From contig VJWM01000226.1 of the NCBI GenBank assembly GCA_010909165.1, forward strand, positions 186,001 to 250,000: a DNA stretch of 64,000 nucleotides. Reading direction: 5' to 3'. This document shows, piece after piece, positions 24,870 through 38,600 of the stretch. Positions within the stretch are counted from its first letter, which is position 1, and each line of letters starts with the position of its first letter. The position numbers and the translations under genes are program-made. The notes beneath the pieces were generated by a model, which worked only from the letters and a program-made list of their open reading frames with translations, did not search any database and had not been told where the DNA came from. This stretch comes from Anthoceros angustus (Eukaryota; Plantae; Anthocerotophyta).

Positions 24870-26872
24870 ACAGCAGTGTAAGGAGCAGGAACTTCCACTT
24901 CCGAGAAAATGGGGTGGTTGACGGGTTTTCCACGATGGTCGCCAGAGCAGGAGCTTTGGCAACAATTTTTTCTGGACCCTACCATGTGGTGGGATAACAG
25001 ACTAAGAAGAGCCCTGTTCGCCTGACTTCCGGCAAGGGGTCCGGCGAGTGCTGTGGTTAAACAACATGTTTAAGCCGGCCTGGTTGATGACACAGCTCCT
25101 CTTGGATATGTGGTGGGTCATGGTGGATCTGTTTGAGTCCAGCCTCCGATAAGCCAACCTGGCACGTGGTGGATCGGAATGGGCGTCGTAACGGCTGGAA
25201 ACCGTGAGCACATGTCAGCAGGGGAAGCTTGAGGCCGTTGGAGCCCTGGAATCTGGCGCAGACAGACTGCCATTTCAGTCTCTGTTTTACACTTGAAACT
25301 GTGTATAGCAAGAAGGATCTGGTTGGGCGACGAGTTCATGACCTCACTGTCAAACTGGGTACGAGTGATACATACTTGGGGGCCAGATCTCTTGCGCAAA
25401 GGTGAGGGCTGAAAATGGATGATGTGTTCACCAGTGGGGAAACCAAATGCCTCTGTGGTTTTCCACATCTCACATGCATGGAAACCTGGAGGCCATACAA
25501 CTACCATGATGCGATGTGTGAAACCGGATGCTCAGTCTTTGTAGCTGCCCTTCAAGCTTGTGCACTGCGGGCGATGGAATCTGGCAGAAAAGTGCACTGT
25601 GATGCATGTGAAGACTCCTGACTTGTTTGTTGCAGCCTGGTGGATATGTGCAAAATGTGCTAAAAGATGCACGCCAGGTTTTGAGGCATGCAAAAAGGAT
25701 GTGGTGACATGACGTCCTGGTATGCAAAATGTGAACTGAAGATGCACGCCAGGTTTTTGACAGCTGCACAAAGGAACATGGAATGCTGATAGCTGGGTAT
25801 GCCCAGCAAGGGCTTGGCATGAGAGGCGCTTGTTCTGTATGGACAAATGGAGCAGGAGGCCTCATTTTGCTGACATGTTATTTTTGCTTGCCTTCTGAAG
25901 GCCTGGTGCCTTACAGAAGGGCAGGCAGCTGCACTCACAGATTGTCGAAAGAGGACTGCTGGATAACAGTGTTGGGCAACTGCCTGGTGGACAAAATGTG
26001 GTGAACTGGAAGATGCACGCCAGGTTTTTGACAGCATGAACAAAGGATGTGGTGACATGGAATGCCTGATATGGGTATGGTATTTCTGATGAAGGTCAGA
26101 AGGCACTAGATTGTTTTGAGGAGATGTTATTGCCGGTATTCAGCCTGACACAACTTTTACTGCCTGGTAGCATGCAGTCATGAGGGACTGAGGGTCGCAA
26201 GCACTTTGATTCCATGGCTGAACAGCATGGCATCAAACCTACTATTGAGCATTACACCTGCATGATTGATCTTCTGTGCAGGCCATTTAGATGAGGCAGA
26301 AGATGCTATCATGTGAGGGCCAAAAGTGTGGGGCTTGACGTCTTTGTTGAATGCCTGCAAAAGTCACGGGGATATGAGAGGGCGATGGTGTTTTGAAAGC
26401 ATTGTTAGGCTGGACCCCAGGCGCCTGCGCTCATGGCCAATGCCTGTGCAGATGCAGGTAGGTGGACTGATGTAGACAGGATTGAAACACAGAATGGCAG
26501 GAGCTAACAAGAAACCTGCAGTGGCGACCTTGAGGTGAATAAGCAGGCATAGATTTGTGGTGGGAGAAAGGAGAGGATATTGCGAAGGAGAGAGCACGAA
26601 TGCACGTCTGCAGGAAGTACCACTCACAAATTTGTTGAAGCCAGTGTGTGAGAAGGAAAAGGAAGATTTGTGGGGCATGCTGAGAAGTTCTGGCGTTTGG
26701 TCTCTTGAACACTGAGTGGACACTGGTAACGAAGAATTTACGCATGTGCAGTGACTGCCACAGTTCCACGGAAATCATGTCAAGGCTTGAACAGAGAGAC
26801 ATTGTTGTAAGGGATGGGTACCGTGTGCATCGATTCGCAGCTGGTTGCTGCAGTTGTAAAGGTCGACCGTGA
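24870..26872 (+). pseudogene. PPR copy E (degenerate PDF-PLS-DYW:KP)
   Basis: Nucleotide homology to the other units throughout, with dense small deletions. It ends GGTCGACCGTGA. Confidence 0.8.
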
Positions 26873-27265
26873 GAAAATGAAGAATGGACAAGAACTAAGT
26901 GTGGACCCCCAGAGAATGTTGCTTTTTCTTGGGGTGAAAGTGCTTGCGTCCAAACGCACTAAGACTTGTCGACCTCTGATCAGAACGCTTATAGTTTTCA
27001 ATGGAGAATGCCTCAGGAACGAAGATATCTGACGGATTTAATGCAGATGTGTGGAAATTTGGAGACCTGAAAGACTGCTTACTGTATGGCCCACAATGGC
27101 ATCCTGATCCATGTCCATCTTTTGGCCAAGGACTTCCCTAATAGCAGGTTTTCCGTGTCTTTGTGTGGCACATACCGTCCTGCTCTTTCAGGTGTGGTCA
27201 TGCACAGGAGCTCATCCTGGTAGCTTTGTGAGACTCATGTTCCGACAGGTCCCCTGACGGCCAGT

Positions 27266-30200
27266 ATGGCAACTGGACCCGCAGGGACCCAACAATTGGT
27301 CTGTGTACAGGGATGCTCAGGGATCTCACCTCAATTAGGAGTCAACCCCTGGCAAACATCAAGCCTCAGGTGCAGCAGTGTAAGGAGCCCAGCACTTCCA
27401 CGAGAAATGGTGGAGCGGGTTCCAGCGATGGTCGTCGCAGGAGCAGGAGCACTTGTGGCAACAATTTTCTGGACCCTACCATGTGGTGGGACAACAGACG
27501 AGATAAGAAGAGCTCCCGTTCGCCTGACTTCCATGTAAGGTCCTGAGGTCCTGTGGTTAAACAGCATGTTTAAGCCTGCTTGTTGATGAGCAGCTGTTTC
27601 TTGGATATGCAGATGGGTCCTGTGCCCTCCTTCCAAGTCGAGCTCTCCGGATAAGCCTGAACCTGGCAGGCGGATCGGAAATGGGCGTCGTAACTGCTGG
27701 AACGTGAGCATGCTATGTCAGCAGGAAGCTGAGCCGTTGAGCCTGGAATCTCTGGCGCAGACAGACTCTGCTATTTCTCCGTCTCTGTTTTACACTGTGC
27801 TAAAACTGTGTACAGCTAAGAAGGATTTGGTTGTGGGGCGACGTTCATGATCTCACTGTCAAACTTGGGTACGAGTCGAATGCATACTTGGGGAACCATA
27901 TCTTGCGCATGTATGCATGTGAGGTAGGCAGAGGAAGCATGGATGCACCAGGGTGGCAAACCAGATGCCTTCATGTGGTTTTCCATAATTTCTGCACATG
28001 CGTTGGGAAACCTAACGAGGCCATACAACTGTACCATGAGATGCGTAGGTCAGGAGTGAAGGCTGCTCACGTCTTGTAGCTGCCCTTCTGCTTGTGCCGC
28101 AGGACTTGAATCTGGCAGAAAAGTGCTGTGATGATTGCACAGTGGCATTCCTCCTGACTTGTTTGTTGGCACCCTATGGACATGGGCAAAATGTGGTGAA
28201 CTGAAGATGCACGCCAGGTTTTTGAAAGCATGGCCACAAAATGTGGTGACATGGAATTTGATAGCTGGGTATGCAGCAAGGCAGGACATGAGGCGCTTGT
28301 TCTGTATGGACAAATGGAGGAGGAGGGCCTGATGTTGACATGTTACTTTTCTGCCTTCTGAAGGCCTGTTCAAGCACCGCAGAAGGGCAGGCAGCCGCAC
28401 TGCAGATTGTTCAAAGAGGACTGCTGGATGATTATGTTGGGCAACTGCCTGTGGACATGTATGCAAAATGGTGAACTGGAAGATGCACACCAGGTTTTGA
28501 CAGCTGCCTCAAAGGATGTGGTGACATGGAATGCCTGATTCTGGGTGCACAGCAAGGACTTGGCCAAGAGGCGCTTGTGTGTATGGACAAATGGAGCAGG
28601 AGGGCCTGCTTTGGCTGACATGTTACTTCTGCCTTCAAGGCTGTGCAAGCACTGGTGCTTACAGAAGGGCAGGCAGCTGCACTCACAGATGTTGAAAGAG
28701 GACTGCTGGGTAACAGTGTGGGCAACTGCCTGGTGGACATGTATGCAAAATGGTGAACTGGAAGATGCACGCCAGGTTTTGACAGCATGGTCAGGATGTG
28801 GTGATGGAATGCCCTGATAGCTGGGTATGCACAGCAAGGACTGGAAGAGGCGCTTGTTGTATGGACAAATGGAGGAGGGCCTGATTGGCTGACATGGACT
28901 TTGCTTGCCTTCTAAAGGCCTGTGCAAGCACTGGTGCTGCATAGAAGGCAGGCAGCTGCACTCACAGATTGTTGAAAGAGACTGCTGGATAACGTGGCAA
29001 TTGCCTGGTGGACATGTATGCAAAATGTGGTGAACTGAAGATGCACGCCAGGTCTTTGACAGCTTGGCCACAAAGGATGTGGTGACATGGAATGCCTTGA
29101 TAGCTGGGTATGCACAGCAAGGACTCGGTCAAGAGGCTCTTGTTCTGTATGGACAAATGCAGCACGAGGGCCTAGTTTTGGCTGACCATGTTACTTTTTC
29201 TTGCCTTCTGCAAGCCTGCGCAAGCACTGGAGCCTTGCAGAATGGCAGGCAGCTGCACTCACAGATTGTTGAAAGAGAACCGCTGGATGACACTGTGTTG
29301 GGCAACTGCCTGGTGGACATGTATGCAAAATGTGGTGAACTGGAAGATGCACGCCAGGTTTTTGACAGTTTGGCCACAAAGGATTTGGTGACATGGAATG
29401 CCCTGATTGCTGGGTATGGTGCCAAGGGATGAGGCGCTTGTGTAGGACAATGGAGCAGGAGGCCTTTGTGGCTGACATTTATTTTTGCTTGCCTTCAAAG
29501 GCCTGTGCAAGCACTGGTGCCTTACAGAAGGGCTGGGCATACACACAGATTGTGAAAGAGGACTGCTGACAACATAGTGTGGCAACTGCCTGGTGGACAT
29601 GTGCAAAATGTGGAACGAAGATGCACGCCAGGTTTTTGAAAGCATGGCCACAAAGGATGTGGTGACATGGAATGCCTGATTGCTGGGTATGCACAGGAAA
29701 GCTGAAGAGGCTTGTGTGTATGGACAAAAGCAGGAGGGCCTGGTTTTGGCTGATGATGTTACTTTTGCCTTATGGCCAGCACTGGGAACAGAAGGGCAGG
29801 CAGCAACAGATGTGGAGAGACTGCTGGATAACGTAGTGTTGGGCAACTCCTATGGACATGTATGCAAAATGGGGTGAACTGCATGGTTTTGACAGCATGG
29901 CCACAAAGAATGCACGTGGAATGCCCTGATGCTGGGTACACAGCAAGCTTGGAGAGGAAGCTTTCTGCATGACAATGGAGGAGGAGGGCCTGTTTGTGGC
30001 TGATGTTACTTTTGCTTGCCTCAAGGCTGTGATTGGTGCTTGAAGGGCAGGCAGCTGCACCACTGATTGTTGAAAAGGACTCTGGATAACACAGGTGGGC
30101 ACCTGCCTGGTGGACATGTATGCAAAATGTGTGAACTGAAGATGCACGCGGGTTTTGACAGCATGGCACAAAATGTGGTGACATGGAATGCCTGATATCT

Positions 30201-31006
30201 GGGAGTTGTGATGTCCAGGCACTAGCTTGTTTTGAGGAGATGTAGTTGCCGGTGTTCAGCCTATGGTGCTACTTTTACTTGCCTTCTAGCGGCATGGTCA
30301 TGAGGACTGGTCCAGGAGGATGAGCACTTTGATTCCATGGCTGAACAGCGGCATCAAACCTACTATGAGCATACATTGCATGGTTGATCTTCTTGGTGCA
30401 GGCCATTTAGATAAGGCAGAGGATGCTATTATCATGCGAGGCCAAAGTAATGTTGTGGGGTTGACGTCTTTTGTTGAATGCATGCAAAGTCACGGGATGT
30501 AGAGAGGCGTGCGGTGTTTTGAAAGTATGTTGCTGACCAGGCGTCTGCGTATGCTCATGGCCAATGCTACGCAGATGCTGGTATGGACCGATGGGACAGG
30601 ATTGAAAGACAGAGAAGGTAGCAGGAGCTAACAAGAAACCTGCAGTGGCCCATTGAGGAATAAGCAGGTACATAGATTTCTGGTGGGAGAGAAGAGAGAG
30701 GATGCTCAAGAGAGCATGAATGCCGTCTGAAGCAAAGGAGGCCATGTACCAAACAATTTGGTTTTTGAAGCCACTGTGTGAGCAGGAAAAGGAAGATGCT
30801 TTGTGGGCATGCTGAGAGCTAGCTCTGGCGTTTGGTCTTGAACACCTGAGTGGACACCTCTGGTGGTAACGAAGAATCTACGCATGTGCAGTGACTGCCA
30901 CAGTTCCACGAGATGTGTCAGCTTGAACAAAGAGACATTGTTGTAAGGGATGGGTACCGTGTGCATCGATTCGCATGGTTCTTGCAGTTGTAATGGTCGA
31001 CCGTGA
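27266..31006 (+). pseudogene. PPR copy F (degenerate PDF-PLS-DYW:KP)
   Basis: Leader, PDF remnant, multiple PLS units (in-frame island 29064-29432) and a DYW ending GGTCGACCGTGA. Confidence 0.8.
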
Positions 31007-31429
31007 GAAAATGAAGAATGGACAAGAACTAAGTGTGGACCCCCAGAGAATGTTGCTTTTTCTTGGGGTGAAAGTGCTTGCGTCCAAACGCACTAAGACT
31101 TGTCGACCTCTGATCAGAACGCTTATAGTTTTCAATCGGAGAATCGCTCTCTTTCAGGAACGAAGATATCATAGACGGATTTAATGCAGATGTAGTGGAC
31201 CAATTTAAACCCGGAGACCTGCCAAAGACTGCTTCACAATGTATGAAGCCCACAATGGCATCCTCGATCCACTGTCCATCTTTTGGAAGGACCGTTCTAA
31301 TATTGTCATCCTGTCTGGTGACACAAGAAATACCGTCCTGCTCTTTCAGGATACGGTGGTCATGCACAGGAGCTGGGCATCCTGCCGTAGCCTATTGTGC
31401 TAGACTCATGTTTCGACAGCGGTCCCTCC

Positions 31430-33813
31430 ATGACGGCCACGCTATGGCAACCGGACCCGTTGGACCCAACAAATTGGTGTGTCTAGGGTTCTACGAGAGC
31501 TCCTCACCTCAGGGAGTCAATGGCAACACAATCCCCAGGTGCAGCAGTGTAGAGCCCAGCACTTCCACTTGAGAAATGTGCGGGGATGGTTTCCACCGAT
31601 GGTCGCCGCCAGGAGCAGGAACACTTGTGGCAACAATTTTTCTGGACCCTTCCATGTGGTGGGACAACAGACGAGATAAGAAGAGCTCGTTCGCCTGACT
31701 TCCGGCGCAAGGGGTCCGGCGAGTCCTGTGGTTAAACAGCATGTTCAAGCCAGCATGCAGCTCTTTTCTTGGATATGCAGATGGGTCTGCTCCTTCCCAG
31801 TCGATCTCCGGATAAGCCTGAACCTGGCAGGCGTGCAGGATCGAAAAGGGCGTCAACGGCTGGAACCGTGAGCATGTTTTGTCAGCAGGGAAGCTTGTTG
31901 AGGCCGTAGCCCTGGAATCTCTGGCACAGACAGACTCTGCTATTTCTGTCTCTGTTTTACACTGTGCTAAAACTGTGTACAGCTAACAAGGATTGGTTTG
32001 GCGACGAGTTCATGAGCTCACTGTTGCACTTGACGAGTCGAATGCATACTGGAACCATATATTGCGCATGTATGCATGTGAGCAGAGGAGGCATGGATGT
32101 CACAGGGTGACAACCAGATGTTCATGTGGGTTTCCATAATCTCCATACAAACATGGGAAACTATGAGCGCAATTGTACCAGAGATGAGGTCAGGAGGAAG
32201 GCATGCTTGTCTTTGTAGCTGCCCTTGCTTGTGCAGCCCGACTTGGAATCTGGCAGAAAGTGCACTGTGATGTGTGCACAGTGGCATTCCTCACTTGTTT
32301 GTTGGCACCTGCCTGGTGGACATGTATGCAAAATGTGGTGAACTGAAGATGCACAGGTTTTGACAGCATGGCCACAGAATGTGGTGACATGGAATGCCCT
32401 GATAGCTGGGTATGCACAGCAAGGCTGGACATGAGGCGCTTGTTCTATGGACAAATGGAGGAGGAGGGCCTGATTTGGCTGACCTTACTTTTTTGCCTTC
32501 TGAAGGCCTGTGCAAGCACTGGTGCCAACAGAAGGGCAGGCAGCTGCACTCAGATTGTCAAAGAGGACTGCTGGATGATGTAGTGTTGGCACCTGCCTGG
32601 TGGACATGTATGCAAAATGTGGTGAACTGGAAGATGCACCAGGTTTTGACAGCATGGCCTCAAGGATGTGGTGACATGGAATGCCCTGATATCTGGGTAT
32701 GCACAGCAAGGACTTGGCCAGGCGCTTGCTGTGTATGGACAAATGGAGCAGGAGGGCCTGATTGTGGCCCTGATGTTACTCTTGCCTTCTGAAGGCGTGC
32801 CAACTGGTGCCTGGGGCAGGCAGCTGCACTGATGTTGAAGAGGACTGCTGGGTAACGTGTGGGCAACTGCCTGGTGGACATGTATGCAAAATGTGGTGAA
32901 CTGGAAGATGCACGCCAGGTTTTTGACAGCATGGCACAAAGGATGTGGTGACATGGAATGCCCTGATAGCTGGGTATGCACACAGCAGGACTTGCCAAGA
33001 GGCGCTTGTTGTGTATGGACAAATGAGGAGGAGGGCCTGTTGTGCTGACGATGGACTCTTGCCTTCTAAAGGCCTGTGCAAGCACTGGTGCCTTACAGAA
33101 GGGCAGGCAGCTGCACTCACAGATTGTTGAAGAGGACTGCTGGATCGTATGTTGGCAGTGCCTGGTGGACATGTATGCAAAATGTGGTGACTGAAGATGC
33201 ACGCCAGGTTTTTGACAATTGCCACAAGGATGTGGTGACATGGAATGCCTGATAGCTGGGTATGCACAGCAAGGATGACAAGAGGCTCTTGTTCTGTATG
33301 GACAAATGGAGCAGAGGGGCCTTTTTGGCATGTTACTCTTGCCTTCTGAAGCCTGCGCAAGCACTGGACCTTGCAGAATGGCAGGCAGCTCACTCCAGAT
33401 TGTGAAGAGAGCTGGATGACACTGTGTTGGGCAACTGCCTGGTGGACATGTATGCAAAATGTGGTGAACTGGAAGATGCACGCCAGGTTTTTGACAGTTT
33501 GGCCACAAAGGATTTGGTGACATGGAATGCCCTGATTGCTGGGTATGCAGACCAAGGGCATGGCCAAGAGGCACTTCTTGTGTACGGACAGATGGAGCAG
33601 GAGGGCCTGTTTGTGGCTGACGATATTACTTTTGCATGCCTTCTAAAGGCCTGTGCAAAGGGAGCCTTACAGAGAAGGGACCTGCACTCTGGTTGTCAGG
33701 ACTGCTGGACAACATGGTGGGCAACTGCCTGGTGGACATGTATGCAAAATGTGGTGAACTGGAAGGCAGGTTTTTGAAGCAGGCCAAAGGATGTGGTGAC
33801 ATGGAATGCCTGA
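31430..33813 (+). pseudogene. PPR gene G, 5' part (degenerate)
   Basis: Leader and PDF remnant at ~31620-31770, then PLS units with dense deletions. Confidence 0.75.
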
Positions 33814-35301
33814 TTGCTGGGTATGCAAGGGGGCACAGGCGCTTGTGTGTATGGACAAATGGAGCAGGAGGGCCTCATTTGGCTGATGATGTTACTTTTC
33901 TTGCCTTCTAGGCCTGTGCAAGCACTGGTGCCTTACAGAAGGGCAGGCAGCTGCACTCACAGATTGTGGAAGAGACTGCTGGATAACGTAGTGTTGGGCA
34001 ACTGCCTGGTGGACATGTATGCAAAATGTGGGGACCTAGAAGCTGCACGACGGGTTTTTGAAAGCATGGCCACAAAGAATGTGGTCACGTGGAATGCCCT
34101 CATAGCTGGGTATGCACAGCAAGAACTTGGCCACGAGGCACTTATTCTGCATGCACAGATGGAGGAGGAGGGCCTGTTTGTGGCTGATGATGTCACTTTC
34201 GCTTGCCTTCTCAAGGCGTGTGTGAGCACTGGTGCCATACAGAAGGGCAGGCAGCTGCACTCACTGATTGTTGAAAAAGGACTTCTGGATAACGCACAGG
34301 TGGGCACCTGCCTGGTGGACATGTATGCAAAATGCGGTGAACTGAAAGATGCACGACGGGTTTTTGACAGCATGGCCACAAAAAGTGTGGTGACATGGAA
34401 TGCCATGATATCTGGGTATGGTAGTTGTGATGATGGTCACAGCGCACTAGCTTGCTTTGAGGAGATGCTAGTTGCCGGTGTTCAGCCTGATGGTGCTACT
34501 TTTACTTGCCTTCTAGCGGCATGCAGTCATGAGGGACTGGTCCAGGAGGGTTGCGAGCACTTTGACTCCATGGCTGAACAGCATGGCATCGAACCTACTA
34601 TCGAGCATCACAATTGCATGGTTGATCTTCTTGGTCGTGCAGGCCATTTAGATAAGGCAGAGAGGATGCTATTATCATGCGAGAGCCAAAGTAATGTTGT
34701 GGGGTTGACGTCTTTGTTAAACGCATGCAAAAGTCACGGGGATGTAGAGAGGGCGCTGCGGTGTTTTGAAAGTATAGTTAGCCTTGACCCTCAAAGGGCG
34801 TCTGCGTATGTGCTCATGGCCAATGCGTACGCAGATGCTGGTAGGTGGACCGATGTGGACAGGATTGAAAGACAGAGAATGGTAGCAGGAGCTAACAAGA
34901 AACCTGCAGTGGCAACCATTGAGGTGAATAAGCAGGTACATAGATTTCTGGTGGGAGAGAAGAGAGAGGACATTGCTCTCAAGGTAGAGAGCACGAATGT
35001 CCGTCTGAAGCATGAAGGAGGCCACGTACCTCAAACGAATTTGGTTTTGAAGCCACTTTGTGAGCAGGAGAAGGAGGATTTGCTTTGTGGGCATGCTGAG
35101 AAGCTAGCTCTGGCGTTTGGTCTCTTGAACACTCCGAGTGAGACACCTCTGGTGGTAACGAAGAATCTACGCATGTGCAGTGACTGCCACAGTTCCACAG
35201 AGATCATGTCAAAGCTTGAACAAAGAGACATTGTTGTAAGGGATGGGTACCGTGTGCATCGATTCGCAGGTGGTTCTTGCAGTTGTAAGGGTCGACCGTG
35301 A
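33814..35301 (+). CDS. PPR gene G, intact 3' part: PLS-E1-E2-DYW:KP (GRP)
   Basis: ORF in the PPR frame from ~33975, with KKPAVATIEV, HAEKLA, CSDCH and CSCKGRP. Confidence 0.9.
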   Translation: MLGMQGGTGACVYGQMEQEGLIWLMMLLFLPSRPVQALVPYRRAGSCTHRLWKRLLDNVVLGNCLVDMYAKCGDLEAARRVFESMATKNVVTWNALIAGYAQQELGHEALILHAQMEEEGLFVADDVTFACLLKACVSTGAIQKGRQLHSLIVEKGLLDNAQVGTCLVDMYAKCGELKDARRVFDSMATKSVVTWNAMISGYGSCDDGHSALACFEEMLVAGVQPDGATFTCLLAACSHEGLVQEGCEHFDSMAEQHGIEPTIEHHNCMVDLLGRAGHLDKAERMLLSCESQSNVVGLTSLLNACKSHGDVERALRCFESIVSLDPQRASAYVLMANAYADAGRWTDVDRIERQRMVAGANKKPAVATIEVNKQVHRFLVGEKREDIALKVESTNVRLKHEGGHVPQTNLVLKPLCEQEKEDLLCGHAEKLALAFGLLNTPSETPLVVTKNLRMCSDCHSSTEIMSKLEQRDIVVRDGYRVHRFAGGSCSCKGRP

Positions 35302-35633
35302 AAACATTGAAGTACCCAAATGTGTACGCCACAAAATATTTCGCTCTTTCTTGGGGGTGAACGTGCTTAACTCCATCTCCTATCTGAGACATGGCCATGG
35401 ACATGCTAAGACATTCACTACACCCACTGTCATCGTAGTATTGTTGATCAGAGTCGAATGAATCTAATCTGTTTTCTTGAAATGAAAACTTTATCTTGAT
35501 TTAAATAAGAAATAGGAACGCTTGTCGCTGCCGTCCGCACTTCCCTTCCCGGTCGTGTGGTCATGCACAGTGTGTACCTCGGCTTCCTCCTGCAGTCAGC
35601 TGGTAGACAGCTTCCGACAGCGGTCCCTGAACT

Positions 35634-38600
35634 ATGGCCTCAATATGGCAACCGGAACCGTTGTGGACCGAACATACAGTGTCTCCACGGTTCTAGAAGA
35701 GCTCACCTCACTCAGGAGTCAAGGCAACAACAACCCCAGGTGCAGCAGTGTAACGAGCCCAGTACTTCCACTTCCGAGAAAACCTGTGGGCGGGGATGGG
35801 CTTTCCACCGTTGGTCGCCGCCAGGAGCAGGAACACTTGTGGCAACAATTTTTTCTGGACCCTTCCATGTGGTGGGACAACAGACGAGATAAGAAGAGCT
35901 CACGTTCGCCTGACTTCCGGCGCAAGGGGTCCGGCGAGGTCCTGTGGTTAAACAGTATGTTCAAGCCAGCTTGGGTTGATGGGCAGCTCGTTTTCTTGGA
36001 TATGCAGATGGGTCCCGGTGCCCCTCCTTCCCAGTCGATCTCTCCGGATAAGCCTGAACCTGGCAGGCGTGCAGGATCGGAAAAGGGCGTCGTAACGGCT
36101 GGAACCGTGAGCATGTTTTGTCAGCAAGGGAAGCTTGTTGAGGCCGTGGGAGCCCTGGAATCTCTGGCACAGACAGACTCTGCTATTTCTCAGTCTCTGT
36201 TCTACGCTGTGCTAAAACTCTGTACAGCTAACAAGGACTTGGTTTTAGGACGACGAGTTCATGAGCTCACTGTTGCACTTGGATTCGAGTCGAATGCATA
36301 CTTGGGGAACCATATATTGCGCATGTATGCATGTGGAGGTAGGCTGAGGAGGCCATGGATGTGTTCACCAGGGTGCAAACCAGATGCTTCATGTGGTTTC
36401 CATAATCTGCATGCCAAAGGGAAACCAGAGGCCGTAATTGTACCATGAGATGCGTAGGTCAGGAGTGAAGGCGGATGCCCACGTCTTTGTAGCTGCCCTT
36501 CAAGCTTGTGCATTTGCCGGCGACTTGGAATCTGGCAGAGAAGTACACTGTGATGTGTTGCAGTGGCATTCCCTTAACTTTGTTGGCAACTGCCTGGTGG
36601 ACATGTATGCAAAATGTGGGGAACTGAAAGAAGCACGCCAGGTTTTTGAAACCATGACCACGAAGATGTGGTGACATGGAATGCCCTGATAGCTGGATAT
36701 ACCCAGCAAGGGCTCGGACATGAGGCGATTGTTCTCTATGGACAAATGATGGAGGATGGCCTAGTTTTGGCTAATCATGTTACTCTTGCGTGCGTGCTGA
36801 AGGCCTGTGCAAGCACGGGTGCCTTACACAAGGGCAGGCAGCTGCACTCACAGGTTGTCAAAAGAGGACTGCTGGATGACGTAGTGTTGAGCACCTGCCT
36901 GGTGGATATGTATGCAAAATGTGGTGAACTGAAGGATGCACGCCAGGTTTTTGACAGCATGCCCACAAAGAGTGTGGTGACATGGACGGTGCTGATTGCT
37001 GGGTATGCAGAGAAAGGTCTGGGGCAAGAGGCGCTTATTGTCTACGGACAAATGGAGCAGGAGGGCCTCATTTTGGCTGACCATGTTACGTTTGCTTGCC
37101 TGCTAAAGGCCTGTGCAAGCAGTGGTGCCTTACAGGAGGGCAAGCAGCTGCACTCAAAGATTGTCGAAAGGGGACTGCTGGATAACGTTGTGCTGGGTAA
37201 CTGCCTAGTGGACATGTATGCAAAATGTGATGAGCTGGAAGATGCACGCAAGGTTTTTGAAAGCTTGGCCACGAAGGATGTGGTGACATGGACGGCACTG
37301 ATTGCTGGGTATTCACATGCAGGACTTGGCCACGAGTCCCTTGTTCTGTATGGACAAATGGAGGAGGAAGGCCTCATTTTAGCTGATGTGGTTACTTTTG
37401 CTTGCCTTCTAAAGGCCTGTGCAAGCACTGGGGCCGTACAGAAGGGCAGGGAGTTGCACTCACAGATAGCTGAAAGAGGATTGCTGGATGATGTAGTGTT
37501 GGGCAATTGCCTGACGGACATGTATGCAAAGTGTGGTGAACTGGAAGACGCGCGACGGCTTTTTGACAACTTGGCCACAAAGAATGTGGTGACATGGACG
37601 GCACTGATTGCTGGGTATGCACAGCAAGGGCTTGGCCAAGAGGCGCTTGTTGTTTATGGACAAATGGAGCAGGAGGGCCTGCTGGTGGCTGACAATGTTA
37701 CTTTTGGTTGCCTCTTAAAGGCCTGTGCAACCACTGGCGCCTTACAGAAGGGCAGGCAGCTGCACTCACAGATTGTCGAAAGAGGACTGCTTGACGACAT
37801 ACAGGTGGGCACCTGCCTGGTGGACATGTATGCTAAATGTGGTGAACTTGCAGATGCACGCCAGGCTTTTGACAACATGCCCACAAAGAATGTTGTGACA
37901 TGGACAGCGCTGATAGCTGGGTATGCACAGCAAGCACTTGGCAATGAGGCACTTGTTGTGTATGAGCGAATGGAGCAGGAGGGCCTCGTTCTGGCTGACG
38001 ATGTTACTTTTGCTTGCCTTCTAAAGGCCTGTGCAAGCACTGGTGCCATACAGAAGGGCAGGCAGCTGCACTCACAGATTGTCGAGAGAGGACTGCTCGA
38101 CAATGTAGTGTTGGGCAATTGCCTGGTGGACATGTATGCGAAATGTGGTGAATTGGAATATGCAGGGGTTTTGACAGCTTGGCCACAAAGGATGTGGTGA
38201 CATGGAATGCCCTGATTGCTGGGTATGCACAGCAAGGACTTGGCCAAGAGGCGCTTGTTCTGTATGGACAAATGGAGCAGGAGGGCCTGATTTGGCTGAC
38301 ATGTTACTTTGCTTGCCTGAAGCACTGGTGCCTTACAGAAGGCAGGCAGCTGCACTCACAGATTGTGAAAGAGGACTGCTGGATAGTGTTGGGCAATTGC
38401 CTGGTGGACATGTATGCAAAATGTGGTGAACTGGAAGATGCCAGGTTTTGACAGCTTGGCCACAAAGGATGTGGTGACATGGAATGCCCTGATATCTGGG
38501 TATGGTACTTGTGATGATGGTCACAGAGCACTAGCTTGTTTTGAGGAGATGCTTGTTGCTGGTATTCAGCCTGATGTTGCTACTTTTACTTGCCTTCTAG

